From the NCBI GenBank assembly GCA_031409335.1, contig JANNWY010000170.1, positions 140,041-204,040 on the forward strand: 64,000 nt of DNA. Direction: 5' to 3'. Positions 47,300-55,816 of this stretch are shown here, piece after piece (positions within the stretch are counted from its first letter, which is position 1; each line of letters starts with the position of its first letter). The stretch comes from Chthoniobacteraceae bacterium. GTDB lineage: Bacteria > Verrucomicrobiota > Verrucomicrobiia > Chthoniobacterales > Chthoniobacteraceae. The notes beneath the pieces were generated by a model. That model was not told the origin of the DNA. It did no database searches and was given only the letters and a program-made list of their open reading frames with translations. A program made the position numbers and the translations under genes.

Positions 47300-48047
47300 A
47301 TCCGTGCTTCCCAAGCAACTCGCGGAACTTCTCGATTCCCGCTTTTTCCCGCGGGCCGAGGCCGAAGCGAATGTGCTGCGTGAGGTATCGTTCGCGGAAT
47401 GCCGCATCGCGAAATTTCTCCGCGCGCACGATTTCGCCGATACTCGCCACACCCGCGCGGCCCAGCGCGCGCAGCTCATCTGCCACCGCGACGGCATCCG
47501 GCAGGTCCGCGCGCAACAGCCACGGGGCGTACACGAAGGGCAGCCCCGTGCAGCGTTTCCACTCCTCACCGAGATCGAGGAAGTGGTGCGTGTCCGCGTG
47601 CTCGTGGCGAAAGTCGATCGCCTGATTTCCGATGAGCAACTCCGCATCGGCTTCGCCGCGAAACGTGGCCGCATCCACGCATTGCGGGCGCAGTCCGCGG
47701 TATTCGGCGAGCAGCACTTGCAGCAGATGCACGGAAGTCAGGGACGCGGGATCGAGCGCGACGGTGCGCACTTCCGCGAGCGGGCCGCGGTGCGCGAGGA
47801 AGACGCTGTAAACCGGGCCGTCGCTGGCGATGGCGACGCCGTCGGCGATGAGGTAGCGCGGATCGCGCAGCGCTTCGAAGATCGGCACCAGCGCGACATC
47901 CAGCGCGCCGCGCGAAAGATCGCGCGCAAGCGCGGAGGGATGATCGAAAACCACCGCGCCGTCGTAGCCGTGGATGAGCGGCTTGGCGTTGAGGTATTGC
48001 ACGCAGCCGATCCGCAGCTTCGCGAGCGCGGGCCAGGCGGTGCTCAC
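47262..48047 (-). CDS. mqnA: Chorismate dehydratase (futalosine menaquinone pathway)
   Basis: RIGCVQYLNAKPL, GPVYSV, SLTS, LLIGN.A, DLGEEW..TGLPFVYA.W. GTG start overlaps the mqnE stop. Confidence 0.9.
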   Translation of the reverse strand: MSTAWPALAKLRIGCVQYLNAKPLIHGYDGAVVFDHPSALARDLSRGALDVALVPIFEALRDPRYLIADGVAIASDGPVYSVFLAHRGPLAEVRTVALDPASLTSVHLLQVLLAEYRGLRPQCVDAATFRGEADAELLIGNQAIDFRHEHADTHHFLDLGEEWKRCTGLPFVYAPWLLRADLPDAVAVADELRALGRAGVASIGEIVRAEKFRDAAFRERYLTQHIRFGLGPREKAGIEKFRELLGKHGFIDADSRELVYV

Positions 48048-49198
48048 GCGCACGCGAGTTCGGCGGATGGGGCCGCTTCCGGCTCGCGCCAGGTCGAAGG
48101 GATGCGGCGGTAATAGGTATCGCGCTGCATCGGTTCGCGGCCCGCTTCGCGGATCGCTTTTTCCAGCGAATTCATCGTCTGGTAGGTCGGCGTCTTCGCG
48201 CCGGCCATGTGGAAGATTTTCTCTTCCATGATCGTCCCATGCAGATCGTCCACGCCGTAATTCAGCGCGAGCGACGCGAGCGGCAGGCCGAGGCTCACCC
48301 AGTAGGCGGTGAGATGGTCGAAGTTATCGAGGTAGATGCGCGATATGGCGAGATTCTTCAGCTCCTCGAACGCCGTCGCGTGCCGGATGTGCTTCAACTC
48401 AGGCCGCGCAAATTCGGCTTCAAAAGCAAACGGCACGAAGCCCGTGAACCCGCCTGTGTCATCCTGCAACTCGCGCAGGATGCGCAGGTGATCGACCCGC
48501 TGCGCATAAGTCTCAATGTGCCCAAACAGCATCGTCGCCGTGCTCGGCAACCCCATCTCGTGCCACGTCCGATGCACCTCGATCCACTCGTCGGCGTTTT
48601 CTTTCCCGCGGCAAATCTGGTCGCGCACGCCTTGGTCGAAAATCTCCGCGCCACCGCCGGTGATCGCCCCCAAGCCCGTATCGCGCAGCAGCTCCAGCGT
48701 CTCGCGGATGGATTTTTTGAAAACACGTTCCGCAAGGTGGCGAATCTCGACCGCGGTAAAAGCCTTGATGAAAAGCGCGTCGTCCAGTGCGCGCAGCCGC
48801 CCGATCAATTCCAAATACCAGTCGCCCTTCAGCGTCGGATGCAGTCCGCCGACCATGTGGATCTCGGTGATCCCGAGCGTCAGCGCCGCCCGCACTTTTT
48901 CCACGATCTCATCGACCGAAAGCTCGAACGCATGAGCATCCCGCTTCCGCGCGCCGAACGCGCAGAACTGGCACGAGAGCAAACAGACGTTCGAGTAGTT
49001 GACGTACTGGTTGTGAATGTAAGTCGCGATGTTTCCGTTCTTCCGCTCGCGCACCGCATTCGCCATCGAGCCCAGCGCATTCAGATCGTTCGAGCGGTAA
49101 AGCTCCTCACACTCGGCATCGCCGATCCGCTCGCCTGCGGTTACTTTTTCAAAAATGGACCGCAGTTCCGGCGGGATGAGCTTGGCTGTGACGGGCAT
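48044..49198 (-). CDS. mqnE: Aminofutalosine synthase (radical SAM, CofH/MqnE family)
   Basis: NVCLLSCQFCAF, HMVGGLHP, KAFTAVEI, GGGAEIF, ATMLFGHIE, AYW. Start ATG 49198. Confidence 0.88.
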   Translation of the reverse strand: MPVTAKLIPPELRSIFEKVTAGERIGDAECEELYRSNDLNALGSMANAVRERKNGNIATYIHNQYVNYSNVCLLSCQFCAFGARKRDAHAFELSVDEIVEKVRAALTLGITEIHMVGGLHPTLKGDWYLELIGRLRALDDALFIKAFTAVEIRHLAERVFKKSIRETLELLRDTGLGAITGGGAEIFDQGVRDQICRGKENADEWIEVHRTWHEMGLPSTATMLFGHIETYAQRVDHLRILRELQDDTGGFTGFVPFAFEAEFARPELKHIRHATAFEELKNLAISRIYLDNFDHLTAYWVSLGLPLASLALNYGVDDLHGTIMEEKIFHMAGAKTPTYQTMNSLEKAIREAGREPMQRDTYYRRIPSTWREPEAAPSAELACA

Positions 49199-49300
49199 TT
49201 CGCGCTTCGTAAGAGTTTCCACATCAATAAGAACGCCCCGCACCTTTTGCAAGATGCCTTTGCCGCGCAGCGCCCGCGTGGCATAAGGTCGCCGCACCCG

Positions 49301-49915
49301 ATGAGCGACGAAACCAGTTCCCCAGCCGACCCCGCGCCCGACGCGGCCGCGCAGGATCTCCGCTGGATGGAGCGCGTAAAGACCGGCGACGAAACCGCGT
49401 TTCGCGAGCTGATCGAGGCGCACCAAAACCGCATCATCGGCACCATCACGAAAATGCTCGGTGACGAAACCGACGCGGAAGACATCGCCCAGCAGGTCTT
49501 CATCCGCGTGTGGAAAAGCGCGCCGCGCTGGCAGCCGACCGCGAAGGTGACGACGTGGCTTTACAAAATCACGCGCAACCTCGTCTTCAACGAAACCCGC
49601 CGCCGCAAACGCCATCCCGTCCAATCGCTCGACGCCACGCTGAACGACGGCGACCGCCCGCAGCAATTCACCGACACCGGCGTGAAACCCGCCGACACCG
49701 CGCTGCTCGACGCCGAGATGCAAGCCGCCATCCAGCGCGCCATCGACGAACTCCCCGAACAGCAGCGCATGGCCATCATCCTGCGCCGCTACGACGACGT
49801 GCCTTACGAGGAAATCGGCGAAATCCTCGATCTCAGCGTCCCTGCCGTGAAAAGCGTCCTCTTCCGCGCGCGCACGGATTTGCGGGAAAAGCTGCGGCGG
49901 TATTTGGAAGGGTGA
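49301..49915 (+). CDS. ECF-type RNA polymerase sigma factor
   Basis: AEDIAQQVFIRVW, TWLYKITRN, LPEQQRMA..L, YEEIGEIL..SVPAVKS.LFRAR. The real start is ATG 49301, inside the longer called ORF. Confidence 0.93.
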   Translation: MSDETSSPADPAPDAAAQDLRWMERVKTGDETAFRELIEAHQNRIIGTITKMLGDETDAEDIAQQVFIRVWKSAPRWQPTAKVTTWLYKITRNLVFNETRRRKRHPVQSLDATLNDGDRPQQFTDTGVKPADTALLDAEMQAAIQRAIDELPEQQRMAIILRRYDDVPYEEIGEILDLSVPAVKSVLFRARTDLREKLRRYLEG

Positions 49916-49933
49916 GCGGTTGCGGTGGGAAGG

Positions 49934-50149
49934 TCACCGATTCCGCGGGGGAAAAATGTCGGTCATTTCGCATTTTAGACGATCCATAATGCGCTGAAGG
50001 CTCTTGAGCGTGAGGTTCTGATCCCCAATCTCCAGGCGCTGCAAAGTCGAGTCTGAGATGCCGAGCTTTCGCGCGAATTGCAGCAAGGTCAGTTCCCCGC
50101 GCTTTTCGCGCAGGAATTTGGCAAGTTGGTCCTTGAGCGCGGCTGGCAC
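49934..50149 (-). CDS. XRE-family HTH transcriptional regulator
   Basis: LREKRGELTLLQFARKLGISDSTLQRLEIGDQNLTL. Confidence 0.85.
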   Translation of the reverse strand: MPAALKDQLAKFLREKRGELTLLQFARKLGISDSTLQRLEIGDQNLTLKSLQRIMDRLKCEMTDIFPPRNR

Positions 50150-50234
50150 GCCAAAACAGTGCGGGGAGACGAATCCCGCATATGGGATTTCTAGCTTGCC
50201 ATGTACCGTATTCACCCGCACAACACTGCCCGTC

Positions 50235-51068
50235 ATGAAAAAGTTACCCCTTTGCAGTCAGTCAACGCGGCACCGCCAGTTCGCCTGGCACCGTCCCCTC
50301 CTCCCGGCAGCACATCTCAGCGCGCTGCTTTTGTCGGCGTTAGATTTGCCCGTGGCAGATGCGCAGACGCCGGAACGAACGAATCCAGCAGGCTCGGACA
50401 AACCTGCTTCAAATTTTCAAGTCCTCAAAAGCCGCGAGGTCGTGGTCGGAGATCATACCGTCACCTTTCAGCTCATCACCCCCCCTCCCGCTCCTGCGCC
50501 CGCAGCTCCTGCAACGGTGCGGGTATTGACGCCGGAGGAAATCGCGACCGCCCAGCGGCGGGCCGCGAAACAGCAGACGGTGCTTTTCTTCTCGGCGACG
50601 GTGCTGGATCGCCGGGTCACGGAATTGAACTGGACGGAGGACGGGAAAAAATATCGCGGCTTTAGCAATATCGACTTCGAGTATTTCCGCGGGCTGGGTG
50701 AGATTGAAGCCGGGGATGCGATTTACACGCTGATGATGGCCCTGGAGAGCGACACTGCGGAGACGCTCGCTGCCCGGACCCGCGAGATTCCACAGCTAGC
50801 CCAACTTCCCATCGACCGCCCCGCCTGGCTGCTGGTCGAAGGCCCCGCCGAAGCAGGCTCGGCGAATGCGACCGCGCTGGATGCGATCCACACTTGGTTT
50901 GGCGCACGCCGCGCGGAGGTGATTCGCGACTATGAAGGGCGCGAGGCGGCAAGAGCCGAAAAGGAGCGGATGGAGCGTGAGAACCCACCCGTACCGAAGA
51001 AACGGGTTATCAGCTTCTGGAGGAAGAACAGCGCCCCGCGCGCGTCGGCGAACGAGGGACAGCAATGA
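50235..51068 (+). CDS. Secreted hypothetical protein
   Basis: Signal-like segment ending ADA-Q, Pro-rich linker and charged C-terminal helix; ATGA overlap with the next gene. Confidence 0.75.
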   Translation: MKKLPLCSQSTRHRQFAWHRPLLPAAHLSALLLSALDLPVADAQTPERTNPAGSDKPASNFQVLKSREVVVGDHTVTFQLITPPPAPAPAAPATVRVLTPEEIATAQRRAAKQQTVLFFSATVLDRRVTELNWTEDGKKYRGFSNIDFEYFRGLGEIEAGDAIYTLMMALESDTAETLAARTREIPQLAQLPIDRPAWLLVEGPAEAGSANATALDAIHTWFGARRAEVIRDYEGREAARAEKERMERENPPVPKKRVISFWRKNSAPRASANEGQQ

Positions 51069-52867
51069 ACCGGGTAGTCCTCGTCCTCGCTTGCGGGCTG
51101 GCTTTGGCCTGCGCGGCATTTTCCCAAACTGCGGCGGATCCTGAGAACTTTGTCCGTCTTGAGCAGATTGGCCCCGGCTCTTATGAGATTTCTTGGTACG
51201 GTAGATCGGGGCGAACCTATTTCCTTCAGTATTCCGAGAATTTGATCGCCTGGACCTACATTCCCGGCATCATCGAGACGGGGGTGGGTACCCCGATTAC
51301 GATTGGCATCTCGGACTCCGATATTCCCGAGTCCGGGCGGTTTTTCCTCCGTGTAAAGTATTGCTTTCTCACCGCCGCCGATCCGTTCGCAGCGGATTTC
51401 GACGACGACCGGGTCAACAATGCGCATGAACTTGATCAATGGACCGACCCGCTCCATTCCGTAGATACGGACAGCGACGAAATGCCAGACGATTGGGAAA
51501 CCCGCTATCTTCTCAATCCAGGCAATCCAGCTGATGGTGTCCCCAATGCCGATGCCGATGGAGATGGGATTTCCAACCATGACGAATTTTTCTCCGGAAC
51601 CCTCGGGACCGATCCCACCGATTATTACAACGGAAGCGGTTACCCGAACATCACGACGGTCAACTGGCCCAACCCATCGCCAACGGATGAACCGGGAACT
51701 TTGCTGTCCGTGCCGCTCATCCTGCAGGTGACGGATGGCATGGGACCGGTGAACAACGCCCGCGTCACGGTATTCGTCCCGGGCGTCGATCAAGGCCAGG
51801 TCTCGCCTGCCAGCGATGGCAGCGACCTGGCAACCACCTTGCATTTGCCGACCGGAATGGGTGGGCGCACCCAAGTGTATTACAAACACCCCTCGGCTAA
51901 TCCTCCGGTTCCCACCCTGCGAACCATTACGGCAAAGGTGGGAAGCGCACTGCTGGACGGGAACGGACCAAAGGTTTCGGTGCTGCCGACTACACAATAT
52001 CGTTACGATTACCCAGCCAACACCGTCGGTCGAAATGCGAGCGAGGCGATCGACAGCCGGATCGCCGGGAAGGATGCCGCCACCGCCCTGCGAGTCTTCA
52101 CGACTCAGGACCACGCCCCGCTCGTTGGCCTGCCCATTTACGTCCGAAACACCGCATCTTGGTGCTACGACCTGCGCCAGCAAATGACCTGTATCAGCCC
52201 TTGGAACAGCCAGGGATTTGCGCATGGCGGTGGCACCGCCATTACCGCCCAACACATTATCAATAACACCCACGTAGCGATAGCTCACGGTCGAACCGTG
52301 CGGTTCATCACGGCGGAACCCCCATACTTGGTAGTTAACCGCGTGATCACAGGCAAAGCTTCGCTCCCGAATACAGACCTGACCGTTTATGCTCTCGATT
52401 CCCCCCTGCCCCCGACCATCACGCCCTGCAAAGTGCTCCCATCCAACTATGCCAGCTACCTTGGCTATTTGGAGAATGGCAGACCGCCGATCATGGTCCT
52501 CGACCAGGAAGAAAAGGCCAACGTCCATGAGTTGCGTGGTTTCGCTTATCAAGGGCCGAATGCATGGTTTGTTCAGCCGGGTCTGCATCGAAAACGCGTG
52601 GAGTTTTATGAGGGCGTCGAAATTGGGGATTCCGGCAATCCTGTATTCCTGATCCTCAACGATAACCTGATTCTGCTGACCACACTCGAAACTGCAGTAA
52701 CAGGACCTTTCGTGACACCGCAAATCTCCATGCTGAACGCGATGATCGCGGCGGCGAATGCAGATGCGGAAAATCGACGCCCGGAATTGCCTCCGATAGA
52801 CCCCGATCTACAAGTCCAAACGATTGATCTGAATCTGAGTGGGTTTATCGAATTTACTCCTCCTTGA
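51065..52867 (+). CDS. Secreted protein with bacterial TSP3-like Ca-binding repeats, an Ig-like domain and a C-terminal trypsin-like serine protease
   Basis: Signal peptide; DFDDDRVNN, DTDSDEMPDDWE, DADGDGISN..E..GTDP repeats; triad candidates AITAQHIINNTH, DLTVYAL, GDSGNP. Confidence 0.8.
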   Translation: MNRVVLVLACGLALACAAFSQTAADPENFVRLEQIGPGSYEISWYGRSGRTYFLQYSENLIAWTYIPGIIETGVGTPITIGISDSDIPESGRFFLRVKYCFLTAADPFAADFDDDRVNNAHELDQWTDPLHSVDTDSDEMPDDWETRYLLNPGNPADGVPNADADGDGISNHDEFFSGTLGTDPTDYYNGSGYPNITTVNWPNPSPTDEPGTLLSVPLILQVTDGMGPVNNARVTVFVPGVDQGQVSPASDGSDLATTLHLPTGMGGRTQVYYKHPSANPPVPTLRTITAKVGSALLDGNGPKVSVLPTTQYRYDYPANTVGRNASEAIDSRIAGKDAATALRVFTTQDHAPLVGLPIYVRNTASWCYDLRQQMTCISPWNSQGFAHGGGTAITAQHIINNTHVAIAHGRTVRFITAEPPYLVVNRVITGKASLPNTDLTVYALDSPLPPTITPCKVLPSNYASYLGYLENGRPPIMVLDQEEKANVHELRGFAYQGPNAWFVQPGLHRKRVEFYEGVEIGDSGNPVFLILNDNLILLTTLETAVTGPFVTPQISMLNAMIAAANADAENRRPELPPIDPDLQVQTIDLNLSGFIEFTPP

Positions 52868-52972
52868 TAAACCCGCAGCATGCAACACACTACCAGACAG
52901 CGTTCCGGCAGTTTGTGAAAGTGAAAGCCAGAACCCCAAAACGCCGATTTTTCTGCAACTCCATCCGCCAGT

Positions 52973-54181
52973 ATGAATACCACCGTGCCGTTGATTCAGT
53001 CTGTCATTTTATGGCAGTCTCGGTGCCGTCGTCTGATCGGAGCTTTTTTGATTCCGTGCATGATCTTCGCGGCGACTGCGGCGGCGGCGAAGGCGGAATA
53101 CACGTTCACGTTGATCGCCGATTCGACGGGGCCGTTCAGCGAATTTGACTTCCCGTCGCCTTCCCTTAACGCCGTCGGCACGGTGGCCTTTCACGCGAAC
53201 TTGGACAATGGCAGGCAGGGAATCTTCACCGGCAGCGGCGGACCGGTCACCACCGTTTTTACCACGCTGCCATTTCCCGATGGGCTTGGGTATCCTTCGA
53301 TCAACGCGGCGGGCACGGTGGCTTTCGTCGCAGATCAGCGCACCGGGCCAGGAGAACGCATCCTGGCGGGCAATGGCGGTCCCGTGGTCACCATCGCCGA
53401 CACCGCCGGGCAGTTCAGAAACTTCGGCGGTGGGTATTCGACTTCGATCAATACCGCGGGAACGGTGGCCTTCTCGGCGGGGTTGGATACGGGCCCCGCC
53501 GGCATTTTTTCCAGTATCGGAGGCGTGATTAGTCCGATTCTGGTTAACTCGGTCTCCTTGGGTTCCGATGGGTTTTTTACGATGAACGACTCCGGTACGA
53601 TTGCATTCCGCCGGGGCAACGGCACTGCCGTCGCAAAGCTCGACCATGGACTGCTTACCCCCATTGCCGACAGCTCCGGCCCCTTCAATTACTTTGGCGC
53701 AGCTCCGTCGATCAACGCCGCCGGTTCGGTTGCTTTCGTTGCGGGCGTCAATGGGATCGACGGCGGCGTCTTCGGCATTTACACTGGCGACGGCGGACCG
53801 TTGACGACCATCGCCGACCTCTCGGGGCCATTTAATTACGTCGGTGATTTCAATTTTCCCCAACCCTCAATCAATGGGTCGGGCACGGTGGCCTTCCTCG
53901 GAGGTCTGGATAGTGGCGGCGGCGGGATCTTTATCGGCGACGGAACTACCACCAGCCAAATCCTAGATGCCCGGGCTCCGCTCTTCGGCTCCACCCTCAC
54001 CGGGTTGAGCATCTCCCCGACGAGCCTCAACGACGCGGGACAAGTGGCCTTTTACTACAGACTGGCCAATGGCACCACTGGCATCGCCGTCGCCACCCCC
54101 GTCCCCGAGCCCGCTTCGTTTTCGCTCCTGGCGCTTTCGCTCGGGCTGGGCCTGGTCCACCGGCCACCGCGGCAACACTGA
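52973..54181 (+). CDS. PEP-CTERM protein with seven NxxGxxAF repeats (copy 1)
   Basis: Repeats such as SLNAVGTVAF and SINAAGTVAF; C-terminal VPEPASFSLLALSLGLGLVHRPPRQH. Confidence 0.9.
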   Translation: MNTTVPLIQSVILWQSRCRRLIGAFLIPCMIFAATAAAAKAEYTFTLIADSTGPFSEFDFPSPSLNAVGTVAFHANLDNGRQGIFTGSGGPVTTVFTTLPFPDGLGYPSINAAGTVAFVADQRTGPGERILAGNGGPVVTIADTAGQFRNFGGGYSTSINTAGTVAFSAGLDTGPAGIFSSIGGVISPILVNSVSLGSDGFFTMNDSGTIAFRRGNGTAVAKLDHGLLTPIADSSGPFNYFGAAPSINAAGSVAFVAGVNGIDGGVFGIYTGDGGPLTTIADLSGPFNYVGDFNFPQPSINGSGTVAFLGGLDSGGGGIFIGDGTTTSQILDARAPLFGSTLTGLSISPTSLNDAGQVAFYYRLANGTTGIAVATPVPEPASFSLLALSLGLGLVHRPPRQH

Positions 54182-54267
54182 ACGCAAACACCATTCTGCT
54201 TTTGAACTCTGCCAGTGGTTTGGCCGAGTGCGATAAATCCGATCATACTGCAACTCCCTCCGCCAGT

Positions 54268-55488
54268 ATGAATACCACCATACCTTTGATTCAGTCCGTC
54301 ATTTTATGGCAGCCTCGGTGCCGTCGTCTGATCGGCGCTTTTTTGATTCCGTGCATGATCTTTGCGGCGACTGCGACGGCGGCGAAGGCCGAATACACAT
54401 TCACGCCGATCGCCGATTCCACCGGGGTGTTTGGAGACTTTGGTGTCGTGCCTTCACCCTCACTCAACGCGGTTGGAACGGTGGCCTTCGTCGCAAACTT
54501 GGACAATGGCAGGCAGGGAGTCTTCACCGGCAACGGCGGACCGATCACCACCGTTTTTACCACGCTGCCATTTCCCGATTTTTTTGGGTATCCTTCGATT
54601 AACGCGGCGGGCACAGTCGCATTCGTCGTAGATCAGCGCACCGGGCCGGGACAGCGCATCCTGACTGGCGATGGCGGTTCCGTGATCACCATCGCAGACA
54701 CCGCCGGGCAGTTTAGATTCTTCGGCAGTCGGTATTCGACTTCGATCAATACAGCCGGAACGGTAACTTTCTATGCTGCGCTGGATTTAGGGCCGGGGGG
54801 AATCTTTGTGAACAATGGCGGATCCGTGAACGCCGTGTTAGTCAATTCCCAGTCGGTGAGCGTCGGTTCCGGCATCTCGATGAACGATGCTGGCACGATT
54901 GCTTTTGTATCCGGTAACAACACAGGTGTTTTCACCACGAACGGTGGGCAGATCACCACGATCGTGACCGACGCCGGGCAGCTCAATTACTTTGGCACGG
55001 CACCCTCGCTCAACGAAGTGGGCACCGTGGCTTTCGTTGCGGGCAAGGATGGTAGGGACGGCGACGCGTTTGGCATTTACTCCGGCAATGGAGGGTCGCT
55101 CACGACCATCGCCGACATTTCGGGGCCGTTTAGTTACCTCGGTGATTTCAGTTTTCGCCAACCCTCGATCAATGGGTCTGGCAACGTGGCGTTTGTGGCG
55201 GGCCTGGATGCCGGGGGCGGCGGCCTGTTTATCGGTGACGGTGCTGCCACCAGCGAGGTCATCGGCTTGTTCGATTCGCTCTTCGGTTCCACCGTCTCCA
55301 ACCTGCTCATCTCCCCCACCAGCCTCAACGACTCAGGGCAAGTGGCCTTTTGGTATGAACTCGCCAATGGCACCACCGGCATCGCCGTCGCCACCCCCGT
55401 CCCCGAGCCCTCTTCCTCGATGCTCCTGGCGCTTTCGTTAGGACTGAGTCTGGCGCGCCGACTACCACGGCAACGCAGCGCGATCTGA
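54268..55488 (+). CDS. PEP-CTERM protein with seven NxxGxxAF repeats (copy 2, tandem paralogue)
   Basis: Same architecture and near-identical N-terminus; C-terminal VPEPSSSMLLALSLGLSLARRLPRQR. Confidence 0.9.
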   Translation: MNTTIPLIQSVILWQPRCRRLIGAFLIPCMIFAATATAAKAEYTFTPIADSTGVFGDFGVVPSPSLNAVGTVAFVANLDNGRQGVFTGNGGPITTVFTTLPFPDFFGYPSINAAGTVAFVVDQRTGPGQRILTGDGGSVITIADTAGQFRFFGSRYSTSINTAGTVTFYAALDLGPGGIFVNNGGSVNAVLVNSQSVSVGSGISMNDAGTIAFVSGNNTGVFTTNGGQITTIVTDAGQLNYFGTAPSLNEVGTVAFVAGKDGRDGDAFGIYSGNGGSLTTIADISGPFSYLGDFSFRQPSINGSGNVAFVAGLDAGGGGLFIGDGAATSEVIGLFDSLFGSTVSNLLISPTSLNDSGQVAFWYELANGTTGIAVATPVPEPSSSMLLALSLGLSLARRLPRQRSAI

Positions 55489-55816
55489 TCTTTACTCAGC
55501 ACGCGCGCTCCAAAAAGGTTTTCAAACTTCCTCTGAGCGGGGTCCATTTTCGCGGTCAGGCGTACTCGTTGCCGATTGGCATCGGCTTGCTTGCCATGTG
55601 CTAAGGAAAAGTTTTTGCGCGGCGTCGCCAATTGGTTCTGCTGGTGAGGTGCCATCTTCTCGAACGCAGCGATAATGCTCGGACCTGGACGGAGAACGCT
55701 CCAATTCGTTCTGCACCAATTGGCTTTCACGACGACCCTGATTCTGGAATCGACCTGTCGTCGATTCGGTTCGATCCCCCGTTGCGCTTACTCGATGCGA
55801 CATTCAAGAGTCAGGA

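Noticed and set aside
48209..49723. Apparent long overlap of 568-aa and 559-aa ORFs
   Set aside because: Both are upstream over-extensions. The real starts are 49301 (sigma factor) and 49198 (mqnE), which are divergent and non-overlapping.
50930..52723. 597-aa antisense ORF
   Set aside because: Opposite a gene with a clear signal peptide, repeats and catalytic motifs; no recognisable domain.
52973..55488. CRISPR-like or DGR-like repeat pattern
   Set aside because: The repeats are in-frame protein repeats and paralogy; no spacers, cas genes, reverse transcriptase or evident adenine-specific variation.
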